From: Phoronis australis
Lineage: Eukaryota > Animalia > Phoronida
Length of the DNA: 64,000 bases
Direction: 5' to 3'
Assembly (NCBI GenBank): GCA_002633005.1
Contig: NMRA01000785.1
Coordinates: 62,001-126,000 of the forward strand
The position numbers and the translations under genes are program-made. The notes beneath the pieces are model-generated. The model saw only the letters and a list, made by a program, of their open reading frames with translations. It ran no database searches and had not been told where the DNA came from. Of this stretch, positions 50,292-63,340 are shown one piece after another; positions within the stretch are counted from its first letter, which is position 1; the number at the start of each line of letters is the position of its first letter.

Positions 50292-53200
50292 ATGGCGGAC
50301 ACCGAGTCGATGTTCAAACGAAAACGCAAGAATTTTCGCAAAAGACGACACTCTTCTTCAAGCAATTCAGATTCCGAGAAAGAAGATGACCTCATGTGAA
50401 TATGATCTTATATATAAACTCATCCAACTTAGAATTGGTAGCTTTGATCTTTGTTTTCATTAAGAAAATCAAGGTGGCATTTAGTCTTTTAGACATTATC
50501 AGTACGGCGACTGGTATTGGCTTGCATGCCAGTGATGTTATGAAGTCACTAGAGTCGGCTAGCAGTTTTGCATTTTCCATAGTTTTGACTATTATATTTA
50601 CTTGTATCTGAAGTATGAACCACATTCATACTGATGGACTGTTGGATCTATGCTCATCCACATTCAGATTTGCACACACTGTGTCTGAAATTAACACAAT
50701 TGTTTAACCGACTTGTACTTCTGCGAATGTCTGGGCACATCCTTCAGGTAACCCTGAGCCAAGAGACATGTTTTTCCTTTTTAGTTTCTTTATACCGGTA
50801 CATTTATCTTTCAGCTCAAAACTTGATGATGCCAAAGAACTACAGAAACTGCGTAACAAAGCCCACGGTGTCAGCGCAGCTAGCTTAGCCCTTGGCAAGA
50901 AACTGCAGAAAACAGAAGAAGTCTTGGTTGGGGTAACTGAGCTGATCTGAATTGAGTTCTAGACTCGGTGCACATATGCATACTTTGAGCTTATGTCGTT
51001 ACTTGAACTCTGGGCTTGTCTTGCAAGCTTTTGTTCTTTTCAAACAATAGGATTTAGGCGAAAAGTCATGTCTTGTATGTACTTCGAATCAGTTTGAAAC
51101 CCATTACGAAATGAACTGCACCCACCATGACCAATTGTCGTCAGTGTTTTGAACTGTTTTTAAAAGCAACAAAAATAAGACGCAAGCAAACTTTCATTCA
51201 CAGGGTTTGCTAAGTTGGCCAGAATCAGCTAGAACTCACTTTTGGTGAATTTGGTTTTCAAAAACTGGGACAACTATTTCTTTCCCTAGATGTTTACATT
51301 AAATTTTACAGTTCTCAGTGCCAATTAAAGTTTCATGATCCATAGAAAATAGTGCAGTCACTAAGTCCACTGTATAATCGGTAAGGTAAAATTGCAAGTA
51401 AGGTTTTAAATGACACTTTCAGGATGAAATGCATACAAACTCTTTTGTGATGTTTTAGAAATATATCCCCCAAGCAGGGTATTCAAGATTCCATGTGAAA
51501 AACATAGGTATTAATTGTCAACAAAGTTTTTTGAGTGAAGCATATTCCTTTTCATTCTGGGTACACACCTTGTTTTATGTCTGGTATTTCAAACTCAGAT
51601 CCTGATTAATTTTTTTAATTAAGTAATACATCAACTCTTGACAGATTACAGCAACTCATTGTATCAATGTTAATTCGGCAGATAAGTTATCAACAGGTTT
51701 CAAAAATTGAAAGGCATGGCGTCCGGCTAGGGTTTGGTAAATGTGTTGTCCTGCTGTCTGATAATGTCAGTAAACTGTAGTTATCTCCCTTGTCAGTCAA
51801 GATTATCTGGGCAAGCATTCAACTCGCTAGTCTGTGCATTTGACTGCAATTAGGTGACTTACCAAAAGGTGTAGTTGCAGTGAAAGGGTCAGATTTGTTT
51901 CACTTACATATAGGCCTCGAACTGTTATGATCAGTGAGAATAAATTTATCATGTTCACAATGTTACTTTCACAATTACATTAACTTATTTTATGAAAATA
52001 ATTAAGTTGTGTGCAGTGAAAACTTGCGGGGATTAGTTTAGCTGATCTCACAGATTATGACATTTTGCAGTAAATTGTTTATAGTCGCCTATCAAACATG
52101 GTCTGGAGTTTTTATTTCAGAATGACCCTTTCAAGCTTAAAACTGGAGGTTACATTGACATGAAGGCTCTGAAAGCAAAGGGGACGTAAGTACACGATGT
52201 GATGGCTTTGTCATTCAGTTGAGTTCCTTGGTGAGGAATTAAACAAGTATTGATTTGACTGGGTTCAAATGTGCTACATTTTTATGTCATTTGTTTTTAA
52301 TGACTTGGACAACATCAGACTCCAAATATTTTTTATCTGACTTTGCTCTCTTAATTAATTAATTGTCTTTCAAATTTACACTAGAGGGCATCTGTCCGAA
52401 ACACACGGTGAAGAGTTGTGTTTCAACGTGACAATAGATTCGGTGTGCCTCATTGCCAAACTATAATGATGGCAGAAAAGTTTGTAGAATTTCACGGAAA
52501 TATTGTCAGAGTGCAATTTGTAGAATTTTGTGGAAATTTTGCCAAAATGCGAGAACTAGAAAATGCAATTGTCAGTTAACATGAGTGACGCACCATAGGG
52601 GGCCCTGACTTATTTAATTGCTGCACTGCACATGTTTAAAGTTGAACTTGCTCGCTAATTCGATATTTGTGTGATCGCTTCGACAAATTAGTTTGAAGCA
52701 CAACACACAGTGACAATGTGAATATGAAGTTGGCTGAAAATTGCCAAATGTTTGTAAGAATGAGTTTTGTGTATAAAATGATTAAGTTCTGTAAATCACT
52801 CAACCATGTCCAGTAAGTATCGTGACTTGGTGCTGGGGAAAAACACTGCATGGTGTGGGTTATGTGAGCTCCCAAGGTACGTCATTAGTGCAAAGGTCAC
52901 CTATTTGCAGAATTTCCTGTTTTCACATTTACAAATTGTCAACGAATTCAACTGCACTTTGTTTAGCATAGATAATGTTAAAATAGCATAGTTGTTTAGT
53001 TCCTGCTATACGTTAGCATTGTTAGGAGCATGCAAATACATCTTTAAAGTGTAAGTCCTGCTGCATTCTCACTTGTGAAGTTTCTTGAATATTTGTGAAT
53101 GGCTGTTCTGTTGGTCTCATAGCAGGTGTGCAGGTCAGTTGTTTTGTTTTGCCTTTGTAGACGGTTGTCAACAGAGGAAGCTGAGGCGATAGGCACGGCA

Positions 53201-56200
53201 TTTGCTGCTGAAACAAACCGCAGGGATGAAGACGCAGACATGTAGGTGGACTCTTCTTTTTGTATCTTAAATGTTGTGTCTTTTCTAAAGAGCAGCTGCT
53301 TCTATCTGTGGACTATATGGTGAGTGAACAGTCACATGATCTCAGCCATGAGTCAGAGTCATGTATTATTCTGACATGCATTTGATGAAACCAGCTAGCA
53401 GTGACGAAGTATTCATGTGGACGCATTTCTTTTGCATAAAGTGCAGTTTCAAGTCCCATGTAACACACTGAACAATATGGATACGTCTTAGATCTTGATC
53501 CAGCGTGCCTACAAAGAATTATTTGCCTTGAAGCTACGTGAATGGTCATCCTTTATTTTTTGGTGTTACGGAAGTATACAAACTATTCAATATCTGAATG
53601 CCAACAGTTGAAATTAAGGTTAATTATGATTTAAGATTTTTTAATCTGTGTTACTTTCTGTGAAGGTTATAACACGTCATTTTTGTTATTGGTTACTACA
53701 AGGCTTGGAATTTTCCATGGAAACGCGGATTTCCGCTTTTTTCAAATGTTCTGTCCGCGTATTTTATTATATTTCCGCGTAAAAAAACGGATTTGATATA
53801 AAATTTCCGCGGCAAATTTCTTTCTTACCACGGCGTTGCCGACAACTTTCATCTCGAAAAGCAGAAGTTGCCCTTTATGTTTCGGAGGAAAGTAAATTGT
53901 CAACATTGCTGGGGCATCTCTGGGATAGCGTGGTGGATTTCTTCAATGGCATCTCGTGTGATTGTAAACCTTGGTGACAAATACTACGACTCTGCAGCCA
54001 AAAGAAAATGTGTGGAGGTGGGAGTGGACAGACAAGCTAAAAAAACGCTGACGCACGCTTCCGGAGGTGGTACCGGTTTTTTTCTTTTAGTCCTTTCGAT
54101 TGTTGTCCGCAAAGGTCCACATCGACTAATCGACTATTTCGAGGCTGGGTTTAGGGCCATAAAAAAATACGCTTTTTTGTCATTGGTCATTCCAAGCCCT
54201 ATTACTATGACAGTATTTGGCTTTGTGGAGGCAAATCATTTTTTTGTTATTGATTACTGTCGTATGAAAATTTTGCCTTTGGTTTCAGGTTGAAATATGT
54301 GGAAGAAGAACTGGCTAAGAGGAAAGGTGTGTCTTCAGTTAAGGACGAGACCCAGAAGTAAGTCAATGTCATGTACTTTAAATGCTTGTACCTGGGACTT
54401 AGTAGTGTTAAAGAACTACAGAAGGGAGTGATCGTTTTGGGGGAGAGCGGGTCTGACAGGCATGAATGACCAAGCAAAGTAAATATTTTTCATGAATGTT
54501 TCTACAGTATGTTGGTGGTAGGCATTAGTAAGAATGCTTTCTGAATAACAAGTAGGAGTGTCTTCAGCTTGATTGACAGGGAGGTTGGCAACCTTTGTTC
54601 TCATTTGTCGAAATTGGAATTTGTTATTGAGTTGACATCATGCTGAGCATTAAGCCCTGTGACCTCTTCTTGTGTGAGATTTAATCAAGAAAAGCATGTC
54701 AGCTAATTGTGTGTTGCTTGTGAAATCTGCCAATTCATTGTGAAGCCTACACTTGCTGGTTCTCAGGCAAAAGATTGCTGAGGACGCCCTCTATGAACTA
54801 CCGGAGCACTTACAAGTGAGGTCATCAAAAAAGACAGAGGGCATGCTATCCAATCAGATGTTGTCTGGCATCCCAGAGGTGGATCTCGGCATTGAGTGAG
54901 TAGTCTTGTGATGTTGGCATTGGCTTTAACCATATGGTTCATATATCGTCTAGCTTATGCACTGGCTCGAAATCAGAACTATTGGTCTGAGTTCCCTAGA
55001 TTTAGTAATGTTGAGTAGAACTACTTTAGTGTTGATGCATACTTTGCTTGCATATCTCAGTATCTTGCATGATCATGCAGGGAACCTCATAGTATGTTTG
55101 TAAACAATGAGTAACTTGTGAGAAGTAACGAGTGTTCTTGACGAATGGATGCTGTTTGAGGGAATAGACTTTGCAAAAGACGGAAGCTAAATGAAGTTTT
55201 GCTCAAGTTGTCATAACTTCAGTGGGAATATGCTCTGGGTTGATTTTCACATGCAGGGCTACATGTACTTATGGATGGTTATTGAACAAAGTGGTGATGC
55301 CCATCCCCTGCTCAGTTAAGAAACTCACAATAGGTCTGTTCATTTGAGACAAACTTTATATTGAAAGTTATAGCCTGCTGTTTTTACTCAAGCATGTGAT
55401 GATGCATGAGCTTCTTTTGCACATAGATTTGTGCAGTAAGCAAATAAATGTAGTTGTGCTTGTCCATTTTGTCTTCAGGGCAAAAATAAGAAATATCGAG
55501 GCAACGGAAGAAGCCAAACAGAGGCTGATCCAGGAACGAATGAGAATGAAGGAGAAAGTGTCAGATTTTGTACCAACCAACATGGCCGTCAACTTTGTAC
55601 AACACAACAGGTGTAAGTAGGAACAATAACAACAACAACAACAACAACAACAACAACGATAACAATTTTAATATCAGTAATAGTAACAATCATGATAATA
55701 CCAGACCTGTGTACTATACGCGGAAAATGCGGATTCATACGGAAATCAAGCCTCCAGTACGCAAGTACGCACGGCCAGGCAAAAATACGCAAATACAAAA
55801 GAGATTATTAATTCGCTTGTTTCTCAATAAATACGCCGATTTGTAGTCTAAACGGACGAGGAAGAAGATTTTAAAGTTAGAAACGAAAAACAAATGATTG
55901 CAAAATCATTATTTTAGCCAAAAAGTTGAGTTACAAAGTCGGAAAACGTGCTTCGTTTTATTCTCGAAATAGCCTGAAAATCGGCGAATCGCGAGGCCCC
56001 TTCTATCGGCATGTGTGTCACAGGCCTAACCTATAAGCAACGACTTCTGTGGTTTGTGGATTGGCTTACTTCATCTAATTCCAGCTATTTACGGCTAAAT
56101 ACGTACTGTTGACAAAATGGCAAAGAATGTGGTCGCATATTCCGAGCTGTGAAGAAAGTAACTTTTTANGTGTTTTAAGCAACTGAGGTATAGGATGTGC

Positions 56201-59200
56201 TTGTATTATGAAGATTACTCACATTTTGCCCCTAGCCCATTGAGAAGACAATGACCATGCCTTTCCATTTTGCAAAGTATGCCCTCTACTGGCCACTTTA
56301 TGGTACCAATAAACAACCCTAGAAGGATACCGTATGCGGTGCAATTGTGGGCGCATTTCAACGCTCCGCGTTGCTCTTGTATTGAAAGTTATAGCCTGCT
56401 GTTTTTACTCAAGCATGTGATGATGCATGAGCTTCTTTTGCACATAGATTTGTGCAGTAACCAAATAAATGTAGTTGTGCTTGTCCATTTTGTCTTCAGG
56501 GCAAAAATAAGAAATATCGAGGCAACGGAAGAAGCCAAACAGAGGCTGATCCAGGAACGAATGAGAATGAAGGAGAAAGTGTCCGATTTTGTACCAACCA
56601 ACATGGCCGTCAACTTTGTACAACACAACAGGTGTAAGTAGGAATAATAAAAACAACAACAACAACGATAACAATTTTAATATCAGTAATAGTAACAATC
56701 ATGATAATACCAGACCTGTGTACTATACGCGGAAAATGCGGATTCGTACGGAAATCAAGCCTCCAGTACGCAAGTACGCACGGCCAGGCAAAAATACGCA
56801 AATACAAAAGAGATTATTAATTCGCTTGTTTCTCAATAAATACGCCGATTTGTAGTCTAAACGGACGAGGAAGAAGATTTTAAAGTTAGAAACGAAAAAC
56901 AAATGATTGCAAAATCATTATTTTAGCCAAAAAGTTGAGTTACAAAGTCAGAAAACGTGCTTCGTTTTATTCTCGAAATAGCCTGAAAATCGGCGAATCG
57001 CGAGGCCCCTTCTATCGGCATGTGTGTCACAGGCCTAACCTATAAGCAACGACTTCTGTGGTTTGTGGATTGGCTTACTTCATCTAATTCCAGCTATTTA
57101 CGGCTAAATACGTACTGTTGACAAAATGGCAAAGAATGTGGTCGCATATTCCGAGCTGTGAAGAAAGTAACTTTTTACAGAAGGGAACATCTATTGTTGC
57201 CACGTTATTCCAAAGAATGACAATGTCTTATTCAAGGGATCGTGGAATTTATACTACAAGTTGTATAGCGTGTTGTTTTTTGCGGACATGGTGACTGCAC
57301 TGACTTCGTAGCATGTTGAGCTGATGATAATACTCGAGCCACAGTTGAGCATCGAGGTCTTTTCGCCTGCAGTACAGTGGTACGTGTTCATAGACACTTG
57401 CAATGAGTAATTGTTCAAAACTTTTGTGATTGGTTAAGAAAATATCGTCTGGTGCAAAACTTTGTCCAGTGCAGATTCATCAACAAATTTTTGCAGATAT
57501 GTTTTTGTGTTATGAAATGAAGTGTATGTACATGATTAATCATTGGGCATGTGTTAACATAAATATGTTCTGACAGTAAGGACATTTGATTAACAGGATC
57601 TTTTCACTAATTGTGTTGTCCCTCAACTAAACAACTTAAATTATTCTGAAAATTGGTGATCAAGTCAATGCATGTATTTTTGAGGCAGTAAGTAGGAAAA
57701 GTACCCATGCATGTATTTAGGGGGGGCTTGAATGAGTCCCTTATTTGGCAAAGTAGGCCAAGAGGTCCTGAGAGAAACCAAAAGTCTGAGAAAACAAGAC
57801 AAAAGTTCACTAAAGAGGCAAGAATTCGGTGAAAGCTCTGAACGCTGAAAAAACTTTTTTTCTTTTTTTTAGTTAGTGGAAGGTCCACTACGAAAAATTC
57901 AACCCCCCCCCCCTAATATTTTAGGGTAAATTTGGTCTGTACACCAAAATCTGCAAATTTACTTAAAAATTTGCAAAACTGGTGTTCAGAGTACTCCAAT
58001 GAAGTTTTGGTGGTACACAGGTCTGTAATACTTGTCATAATAGCAATGATTTTTGCAAACGACATGCAAGTTTTGAGACATCCAGTTGAGGTTGCGTCCA
58101 TCTCTCACGCACTTCAGCGTGGCTAGTGGTGTAATTATTGTTCTGGCCAATAGATGGCGTCTTAACCAGACGACGCAGCATTGAGGTGAAGACACTATCC
58201 CATTAGAGAAGTGTGGCTGATGGAACCTTAATCCACCTTTTCTCACCCCTCCTGAACTAATCTTTCTCACCGTCTAGGATAGTTACATCATCAGTATTAA
58301 AGTTATGTCAGGTGGTGCGTAAGGGGCTTAAAATTGCCGAGCCCTATGTGTCCCTATTAGTAGGGAGAGGAGGGTATGATGTACACATTTTTAAGGACTG
58401 TTTTGTTGCACCTATAGCTTTGATCACTGTGGGTCCTTAGGCTGAACATGATAGACTGCACATAATTTATTACCCTTAGGAGTCTTAACGCTATGATAAT
58501 ATGATTAAGAGTTTATGATTTTATGATCAATTTGGTACTTACAGTTTTTAAATCCAATATGTCTGATCTGCCCAATATATTTCAGTTAACATAGAGGACA
58601 CTGCACCCCTGTTGAAAGTCACCAGTAAGGAATCGCCAAAGCCTAAACCTCTGAGAGTTGGAGATTCCGAAATAGTCCTTGAAAGTAAGTACTTTTATAG
58701 GGATAAATGAGACCTCATGCTTTTTATATCTTGTGAAAAAGTATGTGGTGTTAATATGATCCACTGGTTATATCAAAATGATTTTGAATTGAGTCTATTT
58801 TACACTCGAAGCTTGTTTGATGTTTTTTCACTGTGTACACTGATTAATCAGCAGATCCTATTCACTGAAGTGATGAGGTACAGTCCCACTATAGCACCAA
58901 GCAGCTCTTTGGTAGGAGTATGATAGTGTTATATTTTGCAAGATCACGGGATGGTGACATCACAACATGTGGTTTGGGCTGTTGATGCTTGTGGTGCTAA
59001 CTAGAAGACTATAAGTGACAGGTAAACATAACGCTTTGAGCCTGCAGCTCAGTCATGTGAACTAGTCATGTGAACAAGTCATGTGAACTAGTCATGTGAA
59101 CAAGTCATGTGAACAAGTCATGTGAACAAGGGCCTGGGCTGGAGGCTCGAAACGTTATGTTTACCTAACTTATGGTCTTCTAGTCTTCTCTGGTCTTTCC

Positions 59201-60100
59201 TAAGCATTTTATCCTTAAACACCACGTTTCGCTTGACTGACGATCAACAATCTTTCCATAAATCACTGGAAAACATGGAGTGTTCGTATACAAGTCAGCT
59301 GAATGAACACCATTGTTCTGACATTATTCACACACAGATAAACTGGCCACCAAAGAATATTTGGAGGACTACTATTTGTGGACAGCCAGGCTGACCTCTA
59401 CAGTTGTGATAACTTATTTGATGCATTGTCAGGTGCATTGTGGGTGTTTCCTATCCGAACAATTAGTTGGTAGCCATTGACAAGAGAATATGCCCTCACT
59501 ACGGTATTAATTGTTTGGAAATGGGACACCAATTTTCGTTGATATGATGAAACTGGAAATAGATACATTGGTAATATATCAACAAATATTGTTATGTTTA
59601 AGAGACTCTTACAAGTCAGAACACGCCAGAGCATTGAGACATATAGTCAAATTTATTGTGCATTCAAAATCTCAGTCAAAAAGATTTTTAGTCTTTTTCA
59701 GGTGCATTGTGGGTGCTTTCTATCTGAAAAATCAGTGTTCATGTATTCTCCTAGGAGTGCTTAATAGCCATGAAAGCGAATGCAGTGTTTCACAACAAAT
59801 TTCTTCATCATTGTATGTTTTGAATCTCTTAAATGCTTTTGGCGTTATTGTGATAACAAATAGGACATTACTATGTGTTATCGTATGAGCTTTCAGAAAG
59901 GGCAATTCTTCCAGTAGTGCCCTTGGCACTATTTCGATCAGGAAAAAGGACTTCACATTCAAGGCTTCTCAAAATAAAGATTGATCAAGTTCATTTCTTT
60001 TCCTACAGCTGCACCAGAAAATAAAAAGAAGCCGAAGGACAACGCTACAGATGACTACCATTATGACAAGTTTAAAAAACATATGATGAGGCGTAACTGA
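50292..60100 (+). CDS. C9orf78: C9orf78 / TLS1 (HCA59) spliceosome-associated protein, 296 aa, 9 coding exons
   Basis: Exons: 50292-50395, 50815-50932, 52121-52185, 53161-53241, 54289-54357, 54767-54895, 55479-55612 (allelic copy 56500-56633), 58586-58684, 60009-60100, total 891 nt. Recognised motifs: DPFKLKTGG, FAAETNRRDEDADMLKYVEEEL, LYELPE, MLSNQMLSGIPEVDLGIEAKIRNIEATE, FVPTNMAVNFVQHNRF and ATDDYHYDKFKK. AATAAA lies at about 60912. Confidence 0.96.
53699..54201. mobile_element. ~500-bp non-autonomous hAT-like element with 6-bp TSD in C9orf78 intron 4
   Basis: TIRs CAAGGCTTGGAAT ... ATTCCAAGCCCTA, flanked by TTACTA on both sides. Confidence 0.7.
55360..57177. repeat. Near-identical duplication (55360-56167 vs 56381-57177) containing C9orf78 exon 7; probable haplotigs
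   Basis: An 'n' lies at 56169. The copies differ by SNPs and by (AAC)n length. Confidence 0.85.
55622..55663 (+). repeat. (AAC)n microsatellite, shorter in the second copy (~56645-56673)
   Basis: Read directly from the sequence. Confidence 0.9.
59051..59130 (+). repeat. 13-bp minisatellite (AGTCATGTGAACT/A) x~6
   Basis: Read directly from the sequence, in C9orf78 intron 8. Confidence 0.9.
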
Positions 60101-61322
60101 CGCTGTCAATCATTTTCTGGTGATAGTTGTCTGTTATGTTGGAGAGACGCACATGCTTGAATTGTGGGCAGGATTCTCAAAGTCTTTCCATGCTATAATG
60201 CACGGTGAGATGGATCATGAAAGCCTATTTACATCATTCATGCAACAACATGGTATTGATCCTTAAACCCTGTTCACGTTATAAAGCAATGCGGGATGGA
60301 ACCTGAGCGCCTGTTTACATCATTCATGAACAATGTGGCATGGATCCTGAAAGTCTGTTCCCATGATAAAACAATGGGATGTATCGTGATAGCCTGTTAA
60401 CATTACCAAATAATGCGTGTGGAGGTCACCAGTAGTTCTGTATACACACACTAGGTGTCAGGTGAGTGTCTATATGAATGACTCAGGGATCAGGTGATTG
60501 TAGGATAGAGTCCTTCGATAGTTGGAGTGGTCATGAGGAATTCGTTCCACGTGTTGAGTGTGGAGTCTTAGATAGTGTGCAAACCAGATAGAGTGTATGA
60601 TCAAACACACTCAGTTCTGTAGAAAGCTTGTTAGTATTATGCACAAGCAGTGCTGTGATCGATAGGGCTTGTGACTGTTTTGTTAATAGGCTTACAACTT
60701 TGCAAGCATGGACTAGCAAAATGGACGTAACTTACACGTAGTGCATTTTTGGTGTGCCAGGCTTAAATGCTTAATCATGGGAGACTATTGCAAATGTAAG
60801 CTATGTGCACATCGAGCATTTAACGCCGCTTGCTTCCCAGTACAACGTTTGTAATATCTGGCTGAACATCTCTCAGGTCTGCATTGAGGTTGAGGTTATT
60901 GTAGTTTTTAAAATAAAGTGAACTGAACTCCGATGATCTCTGTTAATCTATGGGAACTTACCAGAATTATCCTGCAGTTCATTTAAACTTTCGTAGAAAT
61001 AAAATAGTTTTTTATTTGAACTTTTGTTTTTATGCGGCGTTTGTAAATTAACTTGATTGGCACGTAGTCTAGGAGCGACACCTGTCGAGACTTTGCCCAA
61101 ATTGTAATGTGTTCTAGTCGAAAACTGTTAGTCGCGATTTTCTACATCGACGCAATCTCAACGTGGTGCGCTCATTTTACAAACTACAATACACTTGGCT
61201 TGTGAGCAATATCAGATGTCATCTTCATGTATAGTCTCACCTTGTGCAATAAGTTCCCTTTGTATTTCTACTGAAAATATAATGTTTAATTTCTAGTGGA
61301 GTGTTTTGTGTTTCCGATGACG

Positions 61323-61557
61323 CAGAGGCGGATCTACAGGGGGGTTCAGGGGGTTTAAACCCCCCCTCGGGACAGGATCAAAAACAAAAACTGGAAAAAA
61401 AATCGCCAGAAAAACGAAATTAGCTACTAAAAATCCAAAAAAAATCTTACACGGGAGGAGGGAAACCCTCTCAAGACCTTCCTTCTCCTCGGCGCTACGC
61501 GCCTCGGATTCTTTCGAATCCTAAACCCCCCTTACTGAAATCGTAGATCTGCCACTG
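61323..61557. mobile_element. MITE with CAG(A/T)GGCGGATCTAC TIRs
   Basis: CAGAGGCGGATCTAC ... GTAGATCTGCCACTG, flanked by TGACG/TGAGG. Related right ends (CCTAGATCCGCCACTG) lie at about 37144 and 37872. Confidence 0.75.
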
Positions 61558-62538
61558 TGAGGAGATATTGCGCACACCGTTTTTACAACATACATGTACT
61601 CTACGTTGTCTTATACTTGTATCGGGTTCATAGATAATCACTCCTTCCCGTGTGCAAACCGACACCATGAGAACTGCGACTATTCTCTCTCTGTTTCCTC
61701 GAAGTATCCTCTGTGATATCAAGGACAGACGGCGATACCACTTTTTCAAGATGGTGTAGTGAACCATGATCCATCTCAATACCACGACTTCCTGATGTTG
61801 AAAATTTATCACCCTCAAACACGATGTATATTCACGGTGTTCCATCGAAATAGGAACCCCTGTCATGTACGGCGCACCAAAGTGGCTATAAGCCCCCCCC
61901 TCCACTTTTTCAATGCTGCGCCGCCCATGAGTATGATATCCCGTAGTCGAAAACAGAATCCTGCACCTTCAAAACACCTAACCAGCCCTGAAGACGCGAA
62001 CCCTGAGAATTGCACATGAAAACCGGACCGTTGTCAGTAGCCTCAAACTTTGAGTTACATCCACAAGTGCAGCGTACTACGAGCTTAGCTTTAAGTGTTT
62101 AAGTGAGCATGGATGAACCATAGAGTAGAGTTGTATGAGGGCCTCCTAACAAAAATGTAATGGCTAGCGGTGACAAAAAATAAACCCTGCCAACAATGGA
62201 AGTTGATTTCTCACTGTTTATGTATTCTTTGTTTCGCCGTGTCTCTCTTTTCTCGTTTGGCCGTGCCCTATGCCTACATCGGTGCCTCGGTGGTTCCAGC
62301 CTCACCTGACATTTCATCGTCCGCAGAACGCCCACCTGGTCTGCACCCTCAACTATCAGTTTCTGAACTCGGTGACACAACGCTAGTCGAAATAATTACC
62401 GCTACGGAATCGTCATTATTTTTATATGATATTCATTTCTTATGAAATACTTCAAGATGCATTTCAAAGATATAACTATAATAATAAATAAAACAGTTGT
62501 AAAACAAGAATCCTTTAAATTTTAGTTAGAGCGTGTGT

Positions 62539-63340
62539 TTATTTCAGCACCATAGGTTTGACGGTTTGACCATCTTCGGGATGAGTGATGCCATAATACG
62601 GCTCCATAGACGGATTGTTTCTATAAGGAATCATTTTGAAGGGAGGGTTTATTAGTGAGAAAAAATGGGGCTCTTGACGACCAACAAACAGCTTGTCTTC
62701 CCACACCGGGTGGTTTTGTAAATGCCTTGGAGCCAGGCCACGTTCTACTTTCAACAAAACGTCGTATCCGTCCGTATTACGATTTGGATACGCACTGTGG
62801 CCACCATTGTCTATTTTTATGGCTGTGTAGCGAATGTTTTGTCCACGGAATTTCACGTACAGTCGTAGCATCATAATAATATTAGACATCCACCACGATG
62901 TGTCTTCGTATTGGGTTGGCAAGGGAAACAAGTGTGACAATGTATGCACATGATATGCTATAAACATTTCGTCGTAGTTCACAAACGGGTAGTACTCTGG
63001 CAGAGATATGGCGGACAAGTTGGACGTGGAACAACAATCGTGCAGGAAGTAACCCTTGACGAATATGCCACGTGCAGTGCACGCGAGTCCTGTGCCAACT
63101 GACGGCTTCACTCGCTCTAAAAACCTGTCGAATAGTCTAAGGGGAGGCAGGCTCAGGGACGTGTCGTTCAAAGCTTCGCTTGCCTCATCATCAAGTAGAT
63201 TTGTGTCTGTTCTTTGAAATATCAAGTCAGCGTCCATGAAGATGTAATAGAGATGATCCGAGTACTTCGGTTTTGAAGTCGCGTATTCGTACAACCTATT
63301 TCGTCCACGTGTCCATGTAAGGGAACTTCCATTGATGTAC
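62539..63340 (-). CDS. Terminal exon of an uncharacterised GT-A-fold glycosyltransferase-like protein (upstream exons not identified; probably beyond the window end)
   Basis: Acceptor ttttgcag at 63341-63348 (minus strand), then about 266 open codons. These include TWTRGRNRLYEYA...YYIFMDAD, a GT2-like ARN helix followed by a hydrophobic strand and DxD, plus YDEMFIAYH and YEDTSWW. Confidence 0.7.

Noticed and set aside
53868-54293. 141-aa ORF in C9orf78 intron
   Set aside because: It lies mostly within the non-autonomous TIR element and runs into exon 5 out of frame. No domain is recognisable.
55568-55846. Poly-Asn ORF
   Set aside because: It is the translation of an intronic (AAC)n microsatellite.
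59051-59130. Regularly spaced short repeats as a CRISPR-like array
   Set aside because: The 13-bp units are head-to-tail with no unique spacers, in a eukaryotic intron. This is a minisatellite.
61495-62445. Cluster of short ORFs between C9orf78 and the GT-like gene
   Set aside because: Non-ATG starts, mutually overlapping frames, no recognisable motifs and no consistent splice model.
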